Notes: generated by a model from the letters alone, not told the origin. Numbered from the stretch's first letter, positions 1-10,689 are shown. The stretch: DNA of 32,000 nt from Synechococcus elongatus PCC 6301 (GCF_000010065.1 NC_006576.1:2160001-2192000); one strand, 5' to 3'. Made by a program: numbers and translations.

Positions 1-2
1 TG

Positions 3-458
3 CATCTCTTGCAACAGCCAGATTGCAGCCCCAGTCAGCTCAGCACGGTCCTGAATCAGCAATCGGGGCTTCTAGGTTTGAGTGGTCGCTCCAATGATGT
101 GCGGGCGTTGGCGATCGCAGCGGACGCCGGGGATCAGCGATCGCAGTTAGCGTTAGCAGCCTTTACCCACAGTCTGCGGCGACATCTTGGGGCAATGTTG
201 GCCAGTCTGACGCGGCTTGATGCGCTGGTGTTTGCCGGTGGGATCGGCGAAAACTATCGGTCGCTCTGGCCAGCGGTCTGCGAACACTTTGCGGGCATGC
301 CGATTCGGCTTGATCCGGAAGCGATGGCTGTTGCAGGCGATCGCCGCATCAGTACGCCAGATTCTGCGATCACCGTTTGGGTGATTCACAGTCGTGAGGA
401 CTGGCAGATGGTGCAGTTGGCCCTGCCTTTGCTTCGATCCCCACAGTCTTTCAATTGA
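3..458 (+). CDS. ackA: acetate kinase, C-terminal part (5' end lies outside the window)
   Basis: ORF 9..458 is open to the window edge; it contains the acetokinase motifs GLLGLSGRSNDVR and LDALVFAGGIGEN and a DSAITVWVIHSREDWQMV-like tail. Confidence 0.9.
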   Translation, partial: HLLQQPDCSPSQLSTVLNQQSGLLGLSGRSNDVRALAIAADAGDQRSQLALAAFTHSLRRHLGAMLASLTRLDALVFAGGIGENYRSLWPAVCEHFAGMPIRLDPEAMAVAGDRRISTPDSAITVWVIHSREDWQMVQLALPLLRSPQSFN

Positions 459-466
459 GGTTTGGC

Positions 467-1105
467 ATGGTTTTAAGACTCTATCTCGTCCGCCACGGTG
501 AAACGACCGCTAGCCGTGAAGGCGGCTACAGTGGCAGCGGCAATCCGCCGCTGACAGAAGCGGGGCAGCAGATGGCTCAGGCTTTAGCGGATACCTATGC
601 TGATTTGAATTGGCAGGCTGCCTATGTCAGCCCGTTGCTACGGGCACAAGAAACTGCGCAACCCCTCTGTCAGCAGGCCAAGCTTGACATGCGGATTCGC
701 GATGGACTGCGTGAGATCGACTTTGGCATTTGGGAGAACCGCACGCCGGATGAAGTCATGGCCAGTCATCAGCAGGACTATCTTCACTGGCTAGCGGAGC
801 CTGCCTGGAATCCCCCCACGGGTGGCGAAAGTGCGGTGGTCGTCGCCAGTCGGGTCAGCCTCGTGATTCAGGAAATCACTGAGACGATCGCCGATGGAAA
901 TGTCCTTGTTGTCTCTCACAAAGCAACCCTGCGGATTCTGCTTTGTAACCTCTTGGGGATCGATCTGGGGCGTTACCGCGATCGCATTGCTATGCCAGTC
1001 GCCTCGCTCTCCATCCTGTCTTTCAATCAGCACGGGCCCTGTCTGGAACGCTTGGGCGATCGCAGTCATCTGCCACTGGAGTTGCGCGATCGCGCTGGAA
1101 CTTAA
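467..1105 (+). CDS. histidine phosphatase (phosphoglycerate mutase-like) family protein
   Basis: MVLRLYLVRHGETTASREG has the RHG catalytic motif; also LREIDFGIWENRT and VLVVSHKATLRILL. ATG at 467 is preferred over the upstream TTG at 455. Confidence 0.85.
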   Translation: MVLRLYLVRHGETTASREGGYSGSGNPPLTEAGQQMAQALADTYADLNWQAAYVSPLLRAQETAQPLCQQAKLDMRIRDGLREIDFGIWENRTPDEVMASHQQDYLHWLAEPAWNPPTGGESAVVVASRVSLVIQEITETIADGNVLVVSHKATLRILLCNLLGIDLGRYRDRIAMPVASLSILSFNQHGPCLERLGDRSHLPLELRDRAGT

Positions 1106-1218
1106 GCAACTGGTATCCGTCCCCGTCGCGCCTCTCTGTCACGATCGGCACGGCACTCTACAAGCTGCTTAGGACGATTGGATTTTGGGTGGGTATCGAG
1201 TCAACAACTTCTGTCCGT

Positions 1219-1238
1219 GGGAGTGATTGCGCACTCCC
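1219..1238. other. stem-loop candidate GGGAGTG-ATTGCG-CACTCCC in the convergent intergenic region
   Basis: Perfect 7-bp inverted repeat (1219-1225 / 1232-1238) with a 6-nt loop; no T-tract follows. Confidence 0.35.
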
Positions 1239-1481
1239 CCACCCACGCCTTGGGAGACTCGACTCCCCTAGCACCGAAACAAGATTTTGGATGAGGCTGC
1301 TCGGCTAAATCGCATATTGTCACGGGTAAAATTCGCCGGTGTTGGTCATGGGGTGGAGGCTAGACAGCTCGGGTAAACGTCCTAAACCACCTGTTGAATA
1401 AATGGTGTCTTCACCTCGGTGATCGCGACTGCTGAGCTAGGGCAATAGCCCAGCTGAACCGCTCATCAATGTTGTCAATCT

Positions 1482-1898
1482 TCAGACCTGACAGCGATCG
1501 CGGCATTGACGGTCGGCCGCTAGGGTTGCTAAATCTGGACGTCCTGTGAGGGCTAAGCGGCGATCGGCCCAGAGCCCGTAGACCCAATCGATCAGCGATC
1601 GCAAGAGGGGCCAGCGCGTTGGGGCGTAGATCCAGCCGAGGCCAATCGCGGCGTAAAGCTGCCGAAAAACTTCCACATCCTGCAGAATGACACCATCATT
1701 GCGAAGGGCATGGATTCGGCCCATGGCCTGCTCGTAGCTGATCCCGGCATGCTCCTCGGGGGCATAGTCCGGTGCATCAATATCGACAAACTGGATGCGG
1801 TTCTGGCGATCGCGTCCTTGCAGAAAGCGAACCTCGCGTAAGCAGAGTGGACAGCCACCGTCGTAGAGCAATGTGTACTGCCAAATCGAGCCAGTCAT
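1482..1898 (-). CDS. thiol-disulfide oxidoreductase DCC family protein (DUF393-like)
   Basis: N-terminal YDGGCPLCLREVRFL motif, followed by FVDIDAPDY and YEQAMGRIHAL, typical of the DCC family. Confidence 0.85.
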   Translation of the reverse strand: MTGSIWQYTLLYDGGCPLCLREVRFLQGRDRQNRIQFVDIDAPDYAPEEHAGISYEQAMGRIHALRNDGVILQDVEVFRQLYAAIGLGWIYAPTRWPLLRSLIDWVYGLWADRRLALTGRPDLATLAADRQCRDRCQV

Positions 1899-1964
1899 GC
1901 CGCGTCAGAAATCGTCGGGACGCTGTGATCCTAACGAACCCTCCGGCTCTGCCTCGACTTTCAC

Positions 1965-3017
1965 TTAGTCTTCTAGCTCGGCATTGTGCAAGGCTTCCGC
2001 TACAGACTGATGCTGCGATCGCCGCGAATCTCGTCGGTAGCGTCGACTTTGCAACTTGGGTTCGTAGCGAAGCTTGCCGCCATCGGCACTTTTGCGTTTG
2101 GAGCCAGCATCTTCTTGGGTACTGCGGTTTTGTTGCTGGGTTTGGGCGATCGCCTCTTCTAGCAGATCTTGGTAGTGGCTGTAGCGTTCCCAGTCACCTC
2201 GGATGCTGCACCCCGGTTCTTCCAGATGGCGGCAGTCGTGGAACTGACATCTGTCTGCGGCCAAGCGCTGGCGAATTTCAGGAAAGTACTGGGCCAATTC
2301 GCGATCGCTACAGATCAGTTCAGGTTGGTTAAAGCCGGGACTATCAGCCAGCAGTCCACCTTGAGGTAGCTCAAATAACTCCACATGGCGAGTTGTATGG
2401 CGACCGCGCCCCAGCTTGCCCGAAACCTTAGCGGTCCGTAGTTCTAGATCGGGGATTAAGCGATTGATCAGGCTGGATTTCCCGACCCCAGAAGGACCGG
2501 CAACAACTGTCATCCGGCCGATTAGCTGCTTCAGCAGCAGGGGCCAACGCTCCGGTTGGTTCTGACTCAGCCAGAGAGGTTGATAGCCCCATTGCGCCAA
2601 TCGTTCCTGCCAAGCCGCGATCGCACCGGCTGTCACAAGATCACATTTGCTCAGACAGAGCTGTACTGGAATGCCCGTGCTTTCTGCCGTAACCAAGAAA
2701 CGGGTAAGTTGTAGCGGCTCGAGTTCGGGTTCGGCAACTGCAAAAACCAGCAGGATTTGATCGACATTGGCGATCGCGGGGCGATCCAGTTCACTGCTTC
2801 GGGGTTCAACCGACGCGATTGCGCCCCGTTGCCCTTGCCAGTCTGGTTCTTCTACCCAAACACGATCGCCCACCATAACCCGCTGCCCCGTTTTCAGCAG
2901 TCTTGTCCGGCGAGTACAGAGCAACATCGCAGGTTGGTTAGCCGGAGGATGGTGAAGTTGCACACGGTAGAAGTTCGCCTGAACCGCTACCACCGTTCCA
3001 GCTAAGGCAGCAGTCAT
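1965..3017 (-). CDS. rsgA: ribosome small subunit-dependent GTPase A
   Basis: GTPase motifs GPSGVGKSSLIN and DSPGFNQPEL, circularly permuted order, OB-like N-terminus, and a C-terminal Cys/His zinc motif (C-x7-H-x5-C). Confidence 0.93.
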   Translation of the reverse strand: MTAALAGTVVAVQANFYRVQLHHPPANQPAMLLCTRRTRLLKTGQRVMVGDRVWVEEPDWQGQRGAIASVEPRSSELDRPAIANVDQILLVFAVAEPELEPLQLTRFLVTAESTGIPVQLCLSKCDLVTAGAIAAWQERLAQWGYQPLWLSQNQPERWPLLLKQLIGRMTVVAGPSGVGKSSLINRLIPDLELRTAKVSGKLGRGRHTTRHVELFELPQGGLLADSPGFNQPELICSDRELAQYFPEIRQRLAADRCQFHDCRHLEEPGCSIRGDWERYSHYQDLLEEAIAQTQQQNRSTQEDAGSKRKSADGGKLRYEPKLQSRRYRRDSRRSQHQSVAEALHNAELED

Positions 3018-3265
3018 GCCGTCGGCTGCTCCGGCGATCGCACCCAGAGACGGCGATGAGGCTGCTCGGTCTCGGGCGGGAGTAACGCGACTTCGTAGCC
3101 CTCCAAACGCAGGCTGTCTGGCACCTGTTCAACGGGCTCACCCGCATCAAGCCAAACCTCCAGCAAGCTACCCGCCGGCATTTGTTCTAGCTTCAACTTG
3201 GTGCGGACAAAGTTGATCGGGCAAACAATGCCTCGGAGGTCGAGGCGATCGTCAGGCTGACTCAT
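3014..3265 (-). CDS. TusA/SirA-like sulfurtransferase family protein
   Basis: 83 aa with [33 protein letters not shown]; the CP motif of the TusA fold. ATGA overlap with rsgA. Confidence 0.8.
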   Translation of the reverse strand: MSQPDDRLDLRGIVCPINFVRTKLKLEQMPAGSLLEVWLDAGEPVEQVPDSLRLEGYEVALLPPETEQPHRRLWVRSPEQPTA

Positions 3266-4392
3266 CCGCCAAAGACTCCTTTGAAGAAGCCTTCAATCCC
3301 TCCTTTTCCAGCGCGATCGCCGCGAATTTGCACCACTTTTTCCAACAGTTCGCGTTCTTCAGCGCTAATTTTGGTGGGAATTTCCACCTTAATTGTGACC
3401 AAAAGATTGCCCCGAGCGACCGGATTCCCCAGTCGTGGCACGCCCTTGCCCTCCACCGTCAGTACGGCATTGGGTTGTGTTCCGGGCGGAATGATCAGCT
3501 CGGTGGGGCCGTCTACAGTCGCAACTTCTAGGCTGCAGCCCAAAATGGCTTGCAGGTAGCTGATGGTCACGGTGGAGAAGAGATTGATGCCTTCCCGCCG
3601 GAACTGGGTGTCCTCACTGACGAACAAATAGACGTAAAGGTCGCCCGGCGGCCCACCGCGCAGCCCCGCATCGCCTTCATTGGCTACTCGCAGCCGCGTA
3701 CCGCTATCCACCCCAGCTGGAATATTGATCTTCAGTTTCTTCGGCCGCCGTAGACGCCCTGCTCCGCCACAGTCATCGCACTTATCAACGATCATCTGCC
3801 CGCTGCCCTCGCAGGTGGGACAGACTGAAACTTGGGTAAAGCTGCCGAAGGGCGTCCGGGTTGCTCGTCGGACTTGGCCTGCACCACCACAGGTCGTACA
3901 AGTTTGCGGCCGGGTTCCGGCCTTAGCCCCACTCCCCTGACAGGTGCCGCAAGTTTCTTCATGGGTGACCCGAATTTCTTTCTCGCCACCAAAGATGGCA
4001 TCTCGGAAATCCAGTTTCAAATCCAGCCGTAGGTCTTCACCCCGAGTGGGTCCGCGCCGGCGAGCGGAGGCTTGTTGCCCGCCCATGCCTCCAAACCCGC
4101 TGAAGAAGGTTTCAAAGATGTCAGCGAATCCACCCATGTCGCCAAAATCTTGGAAACCAGCGGCTCCGGCACCAGAGACACCCGCTTCCCCAAATTGGTC
4201 GTAGCGAGCGCGGGTTTCAGGCTCCGACAGCACCTCGTAGGCGCGGTTGATTTCTTTGAACTTGTCTTCAGCGCCTGGCTCCTTGTTCACATCTGGATGG
4301 TACTTGCGAGCCAAACGCCGATAAGCACGTTTAATTTCGTCCTTGTCTGCGTCGCGAGCAACGCCAAGCAGTTGGTAGTAGTCAGCAGCCAT
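3262..4392 (-). CDS. dnaJ: chaperone DnaJ (type I J-protein with zinc-finger domain)
   Basis: J domain [33 protein letters not shown] with HPD, a G/F region, and four CxxCxGxG-type repeats. Confidence 0.95.
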   Translation of the reverse strand: MAADYYQLLGVARDADKDEIKRAYRRLARKYHPDVNKEPGAEDKFKEINRAYEVLSEPETRARYDQFGEAGVSGAGAAGFQDFGDMGGFADIFETFFSGFGGMGGQQASARRRGPTRGEDLRLDLKLDFRDAIFGGEKEIRVTHEETCGTCQGSGAKAGTRPQTCTTCGGAGQVRRATRTPFGSFTQVSVCPTCEGSGQMIVDKCDDCGGAGRLRRPKKLKINIPAGVDSGTRLRVANEGDAGLRGGPPGDLYVYLFVSEDTQFRREGINLFSTVTISYLQAILGCSLEVATVDGPTELIIPPGTQPNAVLTVEGKGVPRLGNPVARGNLLVTIKVEIPTKISAEERELLEKVVQIRGDRAGKGGIEGFFKGVFGG

Positions 4393-4533
4393 GGGCTGGA
4401 TGGGGTCGAGCGAAGTGAGCAGATTTTCCTAGGATAAGCCGATCGCTCTCCCCACAGTGCTGATGCCGCCGAATTGACCGCCCCACTACCCTGCTGGAGC
4501 AAAGATCTTCGTCTAGCCCCAGCCCCGATCGCC

Positions 4534-6501
4534 CTACTCAATCGCCTCGTAGTCAGCGGTCACAGTTGCGTCATCGTCATTGCGTTCGATGGCAACGGTT
4601 TCGTTCGAACCGTTGTCGTTGTCGCCGATTAAATCAGCAAAGGTGGGCTGAACGGGGATCGTGGTGACAGAACCATCTTGGCGGTAAGCAGCGGCCCCAA
4701 TCGCGTAGAGTTGCTGCTTCAGGGCCTCAAGTTGCTGCCGGAGCTGGTTGAGTTCAGCCTCATTGCTGACAGACTCCAGTCCGCTTGCCAGCGCGTTGAG
4801 AGAGGCCTCAAGCGGTTCTTGTTGCTCTGCCGTCAGCAGCTCGCGATTATTTTGCAGCGTCGATTCGAAGCTGTAGCGCAGGTTCTCAAATTGCGTCCGC
4901 AATTCAATCATCTGCAGATTAATTTGATCGGCTTCTTGATAGAGTTCGGCATCGCGTCGCATTGCCTCAATTTCATCGCTGGTTAAGCCGCCTGTGCTGG
5001 TGATGCGGATGCCCTGCGCTCGGCCCGTCCCGCGATCGCGGGCGGAGACATTCAGAATGCCGTCAGCATCAATATCGAAGGCCAGCTCAATTTGGGGAAC
5101 TCCCCGAGGTGCTGGCGGAATGCCAGTTAATTGGAAACGTCCCAAACTCTTGTTGTCTTTGACGAGGGCACGCTCCCCTTGCAGGACATGCACTTCCACC
5201 ATGACTTGGCCATCGGTAGCTGTTGTAAAGACCTGAGTGCGACTGGTGGGAATTGTCGTGTTCCGCTCAATGATTTTTGTGAACACACCACCAAGGGTTT
5301 CTAAGCCGAGAGAAAGCGGAATGACATCGAGGAGCAACACATCTTTCACTTCCCCGCCCAAGACGCCAGCTTGGATAGCGGCCCCCAATGCGATCGCTTC
5401 ATCCGGGTTGATCGTTAGGTCAGGAGTTTTTCCCCCAAAAAATTTCTGCACCGCCTGTTGAATCGCAGGAATGCGGCTCGATCCTCCAACGAGCAGGATG
5501 CGATCGATTTGATCAATCGTGAGGTTACTGTCCTTGAGCGCCTGTTGGATCGGCTCGATCGTGGCTTGAACTAAGTTGCTCGCTAGGACTTCAAACTGCT
5601 CACGCTGTAGTTCTACTTCGATGTGCTTCGGCTCTGGTGCCCCATCGACGGTTGCGGTGGCAATAAATGGCAAGTTTATCGTGGTTGTCGGCAGGGTTGA
5701 GAGGTCGATTTTGGCTTGCTCTGAAGCTTCTCGCAGCCGCTGAATCGCCATTTTGTCCTGGCGGAGATCGATACTCTCAGCCTTGAGAAAGTTATCGGCT
5801 AACCAGTCAACAATGACAGCGTCAAAGTCATCCCCACCTAAGTGGTTATTTCCTGCTGTTGCTTTGACCTCGAAGACACTATCGCCGAGCTGCAAAATCG
5901 AAACATCGAGGGTGCCGCCCCCCAAGTCAAAAACGAGAATGCGGCTATTTTCATGCAGCTTATCGAGTCCGTAAGAGAGAGCTGCAGCCGTAGGCTCATT
6001 GACGATCCGCAGCACTTTTAGTCCGGCGATCGCTCCAGCGTCCTTCGTGGCTTGACGTTGGGCATCGGTAAAGTAGGCCGGCACCGTAATCACGGCTTGG
6101 GTAACTGGCTCCCCCAAAAATGTCTCCGCATCCTGCCGCAGCTTCTGCAGCACCATGGCCGAAATCTCTTGCGGGGTACAGACGCGATCGCGGATGGTGA
6201 CGTTGACGGTGTCGTCTTTCCCCGGTACACAGGTGTAGGTCACGCGGCTGCGCTCCGCTTCCGTATCTTCCCAGCGCCGCCCAATGAAACGCTTGATGCT
6301 GTAGACCGTATTTTCAGCATTGGTTACAGCTTGGCGCTTGGCCATGCGACCCACGATGCGATCGCCCTTGCGACCCACCGCCACGATACTGGGAGTTGTG
6401 CGATCGCCCTCGCGATTCGTCACGATGATGGGCTTGCCACCTTCGAGGACTGCAACACAGCTATTGGTTGTGCCGAGGTCGATGCCGATAACCTTGCCCA
6501 T
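4534..6501 (-). CDS. dnaK: molecular chaperone DnaK (one of the cyanobacterial paralogs; number not assigned)
   Basis: [24 protein letters not shown], ATPase motifs, substrate-binding domain, 655 aa with an acidic tail. Confidence 0.95.
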   Translation of the reverse strand: MGKVIGIDLGTTNSCVAVLEGGKPIIVTNREGDRTTPSIVAVGRKGDRIVGRMAKRQAVTNAENTVYSIKRFIGRRWEDTEAERSRVTYTCVPGKDDTVNVTIRDRVCTPQEISAMVLQKLRQDAETFLGEPVTQAVITVPAYFTDAQRQATKDAGAIAGLKVLRIVNEPTAAALSYGLDKLHENSRILVFDLGGGTLDVSILQLGDSVFEVKATAGNNHLGGDDFDAVIVDWLADNFLKAESIDLRQDKMAIQRLREASEQAKIDLSTLPTTTINLPFIATATVDGAPEPKHIEVELQREQFEVLASNLVQATIEPIQQALKDSNLTIDQIDRILLVGGSSRIPAIQQAVQKFFGGKTPDLTINPDEAIALGAAIQAGVLGGEVKDVLLLDVIPLSLGLETLGGVFTKIIERNTTIPTSRTQVFTTATDGQVMVEVHVLQGERALVKDNKSLGRFQLTGIPPAPRGVPQIELAFDIDADGILNVSARDRGTGRAQGIRITSTGGLTSDEIEAMRRDAELYQEADQINLQMIELRTQFENLRYSFESTLQNNRELLTAEQQEPLEASLNALASGLESVSNEAELNQLRQQLEALKQQLYAIGAAAYRQDGSVTTIPVQPTFADLIGDNDNGSNETVAIERNDDDATVTADYEAIE

Positions 6502-6549
6502 AAATTTTTGTGTAGGTGGCTACCTGAAATGATCCTGTGCTGAATGAGG

Positions 6550-6571
6550 TAAACACTTACCCCAGTGTTTA
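6550..6571. promoter_or_regulatory. inverted repeat TAAACACT-TACCCC-AGTGTTTA between grpE and dnaK
   Basis: Perfect 8-bp arms with a 6-nt spacer, about 50 bp upstream of the dnaK start on the minus strand. Confidence 0.4.
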
Positions 6572-6605
6572 GCCTAGGGTAAGAGTCTACTAAGAGCTAT
6601 AGAGA

Positions 6606-7250
6606 TTATTCTGTTACCGCTGCAGAATTTTCCTCTGCCGCAATCGAGACTTTGACCAGAGCATGGCGCAGGACGAGATCGCCCAAGAGGTAGCCTCGTT
6701 GTAGCTCCTCGAGCACGATGCCATCCGGATGCTCCGTCGTCTCTTCCCGTAGGACTGCATCATGCAATGAGGGATCAAAGGGCTGGCCCTCAGCCCGCAT
6801 CGGCGAGACGCCGATACGCTTCAAACAATCGACCAGTTGCTTGTAGAGCCCTTGGTAGCTCTTGTGAATCGCCTCCGCTTCTTCGCCCTGAGGCTTAATT
6901 TGGGCGCGGGCGCGATCAAAATTGTCGATCACCGGTAGTAGTTCAGTAATCGTGGTGCGCTTACTCTGCAGCTCCAGCTCTTCTCGTTCCTTCAAGGTTC
7001 GACGCCGGAAATTTTCAAAATCTGCCGCGAGACGCAGATAGGCGCTGTTCTGCTCATCCAACTCAGTCTTGAGGCGATCGCGATCAGCTGCAACCAAAGC
7101 CAATTGAGCGGCCAACTCTGCGGCCTCCTGCCCAGAAGCAACCGTGACATCAGGCTCCGACACTGCCTCTGCCGAGTCTCCATTGGCCACAGTCAGATCT
7201 TCCTCTGGAGGGGTCTGATGTTCGCTCATGACGATTGAGAGTCCTACCAC
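6606..7250 (-). CDS. grpE: nucleotide exchange factor GrpE
   Basis: LRLAADFENFRRRT, LLPVIDNFDRA, GVSPMRAEGQPFDPSLHDAV and a GDLVLRHALVKVS terminus. The true start is probably the ATG 7 codons inside the ORF (MSEHQTPPEE). Confidence 0.92.
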   Translation of the reverse strand: MVGLSIVMSEHQTPPEEDLTVANGDSAEAVSEPDVTVASGQEAAELAAQLALVAADRDRLKTELDEQNSAYLRLAADFENFRRRTLKEREELELQSKRTTITELLPVIDNFDRARAQIKPQGEEAEAIHKSYQGLYKQLVDCLKRIGVSPMRAEGQPFDPSLHDAVLREETTEHPDGIVLEELQRGYLLGDLVLRHALVKVSIAAEENSAAVTE

Positions 7251-7505
7251 AACAAGCTAAACACTACCCAACCAAGCATGAAATCAGTCATTGCAGGCGA
7301 TCGTCGCTGCATTTGACAGACCTTTCTGGTTAGAGAAACTGAGCTAGGTAGTTTCTTTAGCGATTTGAACCGCTATCTTCAGAGCATAATTCCCAGAGAC
7401 TCCAGAAAGACAGCTTAGGCTGTTAAACGACGCTTGCAGATTCGGGCACGCTGGGGCTACTCCCTGCGATTCCTTGAGATCTTTTCCTCTCAGCCACTGC
7501 CACCC

Positions 7506-9506
7506 ATGCCAGACCAACCGATCTCTCCCCGTTACGCCCTGATTGCCCTCAATCAGTTTTCATCGTTTGGTAACAAGCTGGTTCAAGCGGGCTTTGTCGA
7601 TCCCGAGCAACTACAGACAGCCCTGGTGGAAAGTCGCCGCAGCGGCCAGTCGCTGCCTCAAGTGATCTCAGCCCTCACTGGCCAGTCTTTGCCCCCCGAA
7701 CTGATGCAGCAGTATCGGCGGCAGCAGTTGTTTGAACTCAAAATTCTGCACGGGGTCGAGTCGCTTAACCCAGACCAGGGGCAGTACTCCGAAGAGGTCA
7801 TCCACGAGCTGATCGCTGACTTAGTGCCGATCGAAACCTGTCGCCGTCATCAACTCGTCCCCCTCGAACGCCATGAAGCGCCGCCGCGAGCCGTGGTCGC
7901 TATGGTCGACCCCAATAACCTCGATGCCTTGGACGAACTCAACCGGCTACTGCGACCCAGGGGCTACACCCTACAGCGGCTCGTGATTACCCTCGAGGAT
8001 CACGAACGGCTGATTGCGGGCTATCTGGATCAGCAGCTGGAACGTCAGCAGGCTATGCAAGCCAAGCAGCTGGGGGATTTTTCCGAGGAGCTTGCGAACC
8101 TCGACAACTTAGAACTGACGGAAATTTCAGTCCAAGAAGAGGATCTTGCCAAGGCGTTGCAAGAGGCCGATGATGCGCCGATCGTGAGTCTCGCTAACAA
8201 AATCCTGCTGAAGGCTTTGACGGAAGGCGCTTCCGATATCCACGTCGAGCCCCAGGAAGACGGGCTACGAGTGCGACTGCGACGAGATGGAGTCTTGCAC
8301 CAAGAATTTGGGACGCTTCCCAAAAAAATTCAACCCGCCCTGACCTCTCGGCTAAAGATCATGGCCAATCTGGACATCGCCGAGCGGCGGGTCCCTCAAG
8401 ATGGCCGCATTCGACGCATGTTCCAAGGCCGCAAGATCGACTTCCGGGTCAACAGCCTCCCTAGTCACTTCGGTGAAAAGATTTGTATGCGGTTGCTGGA
8501 CAACTCAGCAACCCAATTGGGTTTAGACCAGTTGATTACTGATGAAGAAGCGTTGGCCTTGGTGCGTGACATGGGTAGTCGCCCCTATGGTCTCATTCTC
8601 GTAACAGGCCCTACGGGGTCTGGAAAGTCGACGAGCCTGTACTCGCTGCTGGCGGAGCGCAATGATCCGGCGATCAATATCAACACCGCTGAAGACCCGA
8701 TCGAGTACACCTTGCCCGGGCTGACCCAAGTGCAGGTTCTCCGGGAGAAAGGCATGAACTTTGCCTCAATTCTCCGGGCCTTCATGCGGCAGGATCCCGA
8801 TGTGATTCTGGTGGGTGAAACGCGCGATTTGGAAACGGCCCGCACGGCGATTGAAGCGGCCTTGACCGGCCACTTAGTCTTGACAACCCTGCATGCGAAC
8901 GATGCTCCGAGTGCGATCGCGAGGCTGAGTGAAATGGGAGTGGAGCCCTACCTAGTCTCGGGGTCACTGATTGGGGTGGTCTCGCAACGTTTGATGCGCC
9001 GCGTCTGCCCCGACTGTCGTGTTCCCTACACCCCCAACCCAGAAGAACTAGGTCGCTATGGACTGTCGGCGAGTCAGGAGCTGGATGTCACCTTTTATAA
9101 GGCCAAAACATTGACGTCGGATTCGCTGGCTCAGGCGCGATCGCAGGGACAGGTTTGCAGAACTTGTCGTGGGACTGGCTACAAGGGCCGCGTCGGGGTT
9201 TATGAGGTGATGCGGGTCAATGAAGTGCTTCAGGTGGCGATCAACCAAGGACTCCCGACTGAACGCCTCAAGGAAATTGCGGTGGAGCAGGGGATGAAAA
9301 CCTTACTCTCCTACAGCTTGGAGTTGGTCCGTCAGGGATACACCACCTTTGAGGAAGTTGACCGGGTGACCTTTACCGATTCTGGCGTGGAGGCCGAACT
9401 CAAGGCCAAGCGCAAACTAGGCCTGACCTGCAACGCCTGTGGGGCGGGTCTGCAACCCGAATGGCTGGACTGCCCCTATTGTCTGACGCCCCGCTTTGGG
9501 AACTAA
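7506..9506 (+). CDS. pilB: type IV pilus extension ATPase PilB (GspE family) with a C-terminal zinc-ribbon-like extension
   Basis: Walker A GPTGSGKSTSLYSLL, SDIHVEPQEDGLRVRLRRDG, QDPDVILVGETRD, and a Cys4 motif CPDC..CRTC. ATG at 7506 (MPDQPISPRY) is preferred over the ORF start at 7434. Confidence 0.93.
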   Translation: MPDQPISPRYALIALNQFSSFGNKLVQAGFVDPEQLQTALVESRRSGQSLPQVISALTGQSLPPELMQQYRRQQLFELKILHGVESLNPDQGQYSEEVIHELIADLVPIETCRRHQLVPLERHEAPPRAVVAMVDPNNLDALDELNRLLRPRGYTLQRLVITLEDHERLIAGYLDQQLERQQAMQAKQLGDFSEELANLDNLELTEISVQEEDLAKALQEADDAPIVSLANKILLKALTEGASDIHVEPQEDGLRVRLRRDGVLHQEFGTLPKKIQPALTSRLKIMANLDIAERRVPQDGRIRRMFQGRKIDFRVNSLPSHFGEKICMRLLDNSATQLGLDQLITDEEALALVRDMGSRPYGLILVTGPTGSGKSTSLYSLLAERNDPAININTAEDPIEYTLPGLTQVQVLREKGMNFASILRAFMRQDPDVILVGETRDLETARTAIEAALTGHLVLTTLHANDAPSAIARLSEMGVEPYLVSGSLIGVVSQRLMRRVCPDCRVPYTPNPEELGRYGLSASQELDVTFYKAKTLTSDSLAQARSQGQVCRTCRGTGYKGRVGVYEVMRVNEVLQVAINQGLPTERLKEIAVEQGMKTLLSYSLELVRQGYTTFEEVDRVTFTDSGVEAELKAKRKLGLTCNACGAGLQPEWLDCPYCLTPRFGN

Positions 9507-9576
9507 CAGTCAGCAGCGATCGTGCAAAACCGGCTCGAGTGAGTTCAAGTCCTCGTTACTCCCTAGGAGGCCCAAG

Positions 9577-10665
9577 ATGGAGCTGATGGTTGAAGACCTG
9601 ATGGAAAAGCTGGTGGAGATGGGTGGATCTGACCTTCACCTTTCCGTTGGTCTGCCGCCCTATTTTCGAATTAGTGGCAAACTGACACCGATCGGCGATG
9701 AGCCGATGGGCGAAGAACAGTGCCAACGCCTGATTTTCAGCATGTTGAACAACACGCAACGCAAAATGCTGGAGCGGAACTGGGAGTTAGACTGCTCCTA
9801 CGGCATCCGTGGTCTAGCTCGGTTTCGGGTCAACGTCTATAAAGACAAGGGAACCTATGCGGCCTGTTTGCGGGCACTCAGTGCCAAGGTCCCAGTGTTT
9901 AACGATCTCGGCCTGCCACAGGTTGTCCGGGAAATGAGCGAGAAACCGCGAGGGCTGATCCTAGTGACAGGGCCCACGGGTTCAGGCAAGACCACAACTT
10001 TGGCTGCAGTGATTGAACTAATCAATCGCAGCCGTGCTGAACATATCATCACGGTTGAAGACCCAATTGAGTTTGTCTATCAACCGGCAAAAAGTATCAT
10101 CCACCAGCGTCAGCTGGGTGAGGATACCAAGAGTTTTGCCAACGCGCTGCGAGCTGCCCTGCGGGAAGACCCTGACATTATCCTCGTGGGTGAGATGCGG
10201 GACTTGGAAACGATCCAGTTGGCAATCACTGCTGCAGAGACCGGCCACCTTGTCTTTGGTACCTTACACACCAGCTCTGCAGCCCAAACCGTTGACCGGA
10301 TTATTGACGTTTTCCCGGCTGAAAAACAGACACAGGTGCGGGTGCAACTCTCGAACTCTCTGATTGCAGTTTTTAGTCAGACCCTAGTACAGAAACGCAA
10401 TGCTCGTCCGGGCAGTTTTGGCCGAGTCTTGGCTCAGGAAATTATGATTGTGACGCCGGCAATCTCGAACTTGATTCGGGAAGGGAAAACGGCGCAGATC
10501 TATTCCCAAATTCAGACGGGTGGCAAGTTGGGAATGCAGACGCTCGAAAAAGCGCTGGCAGACCTCTACAAAGCAGGTGAAATTACCTTTGAAGCAGCTG
10601 CATCCAAAACGTCGAAGCCTGACGAGATGCAACGACTCATCGGTAATGTTCCGGTTGCTGCATAG
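9577..10665 (+). CDS. pilT: type IV pilus retraction ATPase PilT
   Basis: MEKLVEMGGSDLHLSVGLPPYFRISG, GPTGSGKTTTLAA, AIRS-like/HLVFGTLHTSSA region. ATG at 9577 follows a CTAGGAGG Shine-Dalgarno. Confidence 0.95.
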   Translation: MELMVEDLMEKLVEMGGSDLHLSVGLPPYFRISGKLTPIGDEPMGEEQCQRLIFSMLNNTQRKMLERNWELDCSYGIRGLARFRVNVYKDKGTYAACLRALSAKVPVFNDLGLPQVVREMSEKPRGLILVTGPTGSGKTTTLAAVIELINRSRAEHIITVEDPIEFVYQPAKSIIHQRQLGEDTKSFANALRAALREDPDIILVGEMRDLETIQLAITAAETGHLVFGTLHTSSAAQTVDRIIDVFPAEKQTQVRVQLSNSLIAVFSQTLVQKRNARPGSFGRVLAQEIMIVTPAISNLIREGKTAQIYSQIQTGGKLGMQTLEKALADLYKAGEITFEAAASKTSKPDEMQRLIGNVPVAA

Positions 10666-10689
10666 CGTGGTTGCACAGGAGATTGAGTA

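Noticed and set aside
1772-2332. 186-aa plus-strand ORF
   Set aside because: Antisense to the DCC-family gene and rsgA, both of which have clear family motifs.
6502-6605. CIRCE/HrcA heat-shock operator ahead of dnaK
   Set aside because: The inverted repeat present does not match TTAGCACTC-N9-GAGTGCTAA in either arm or spacing.
9510-9576. GTTCAAGTCC-like T-loop string between pilB and pilT
   Set aside because: No acceptor, D-arm or anticodon arm can be paired around it; not a tRNA.
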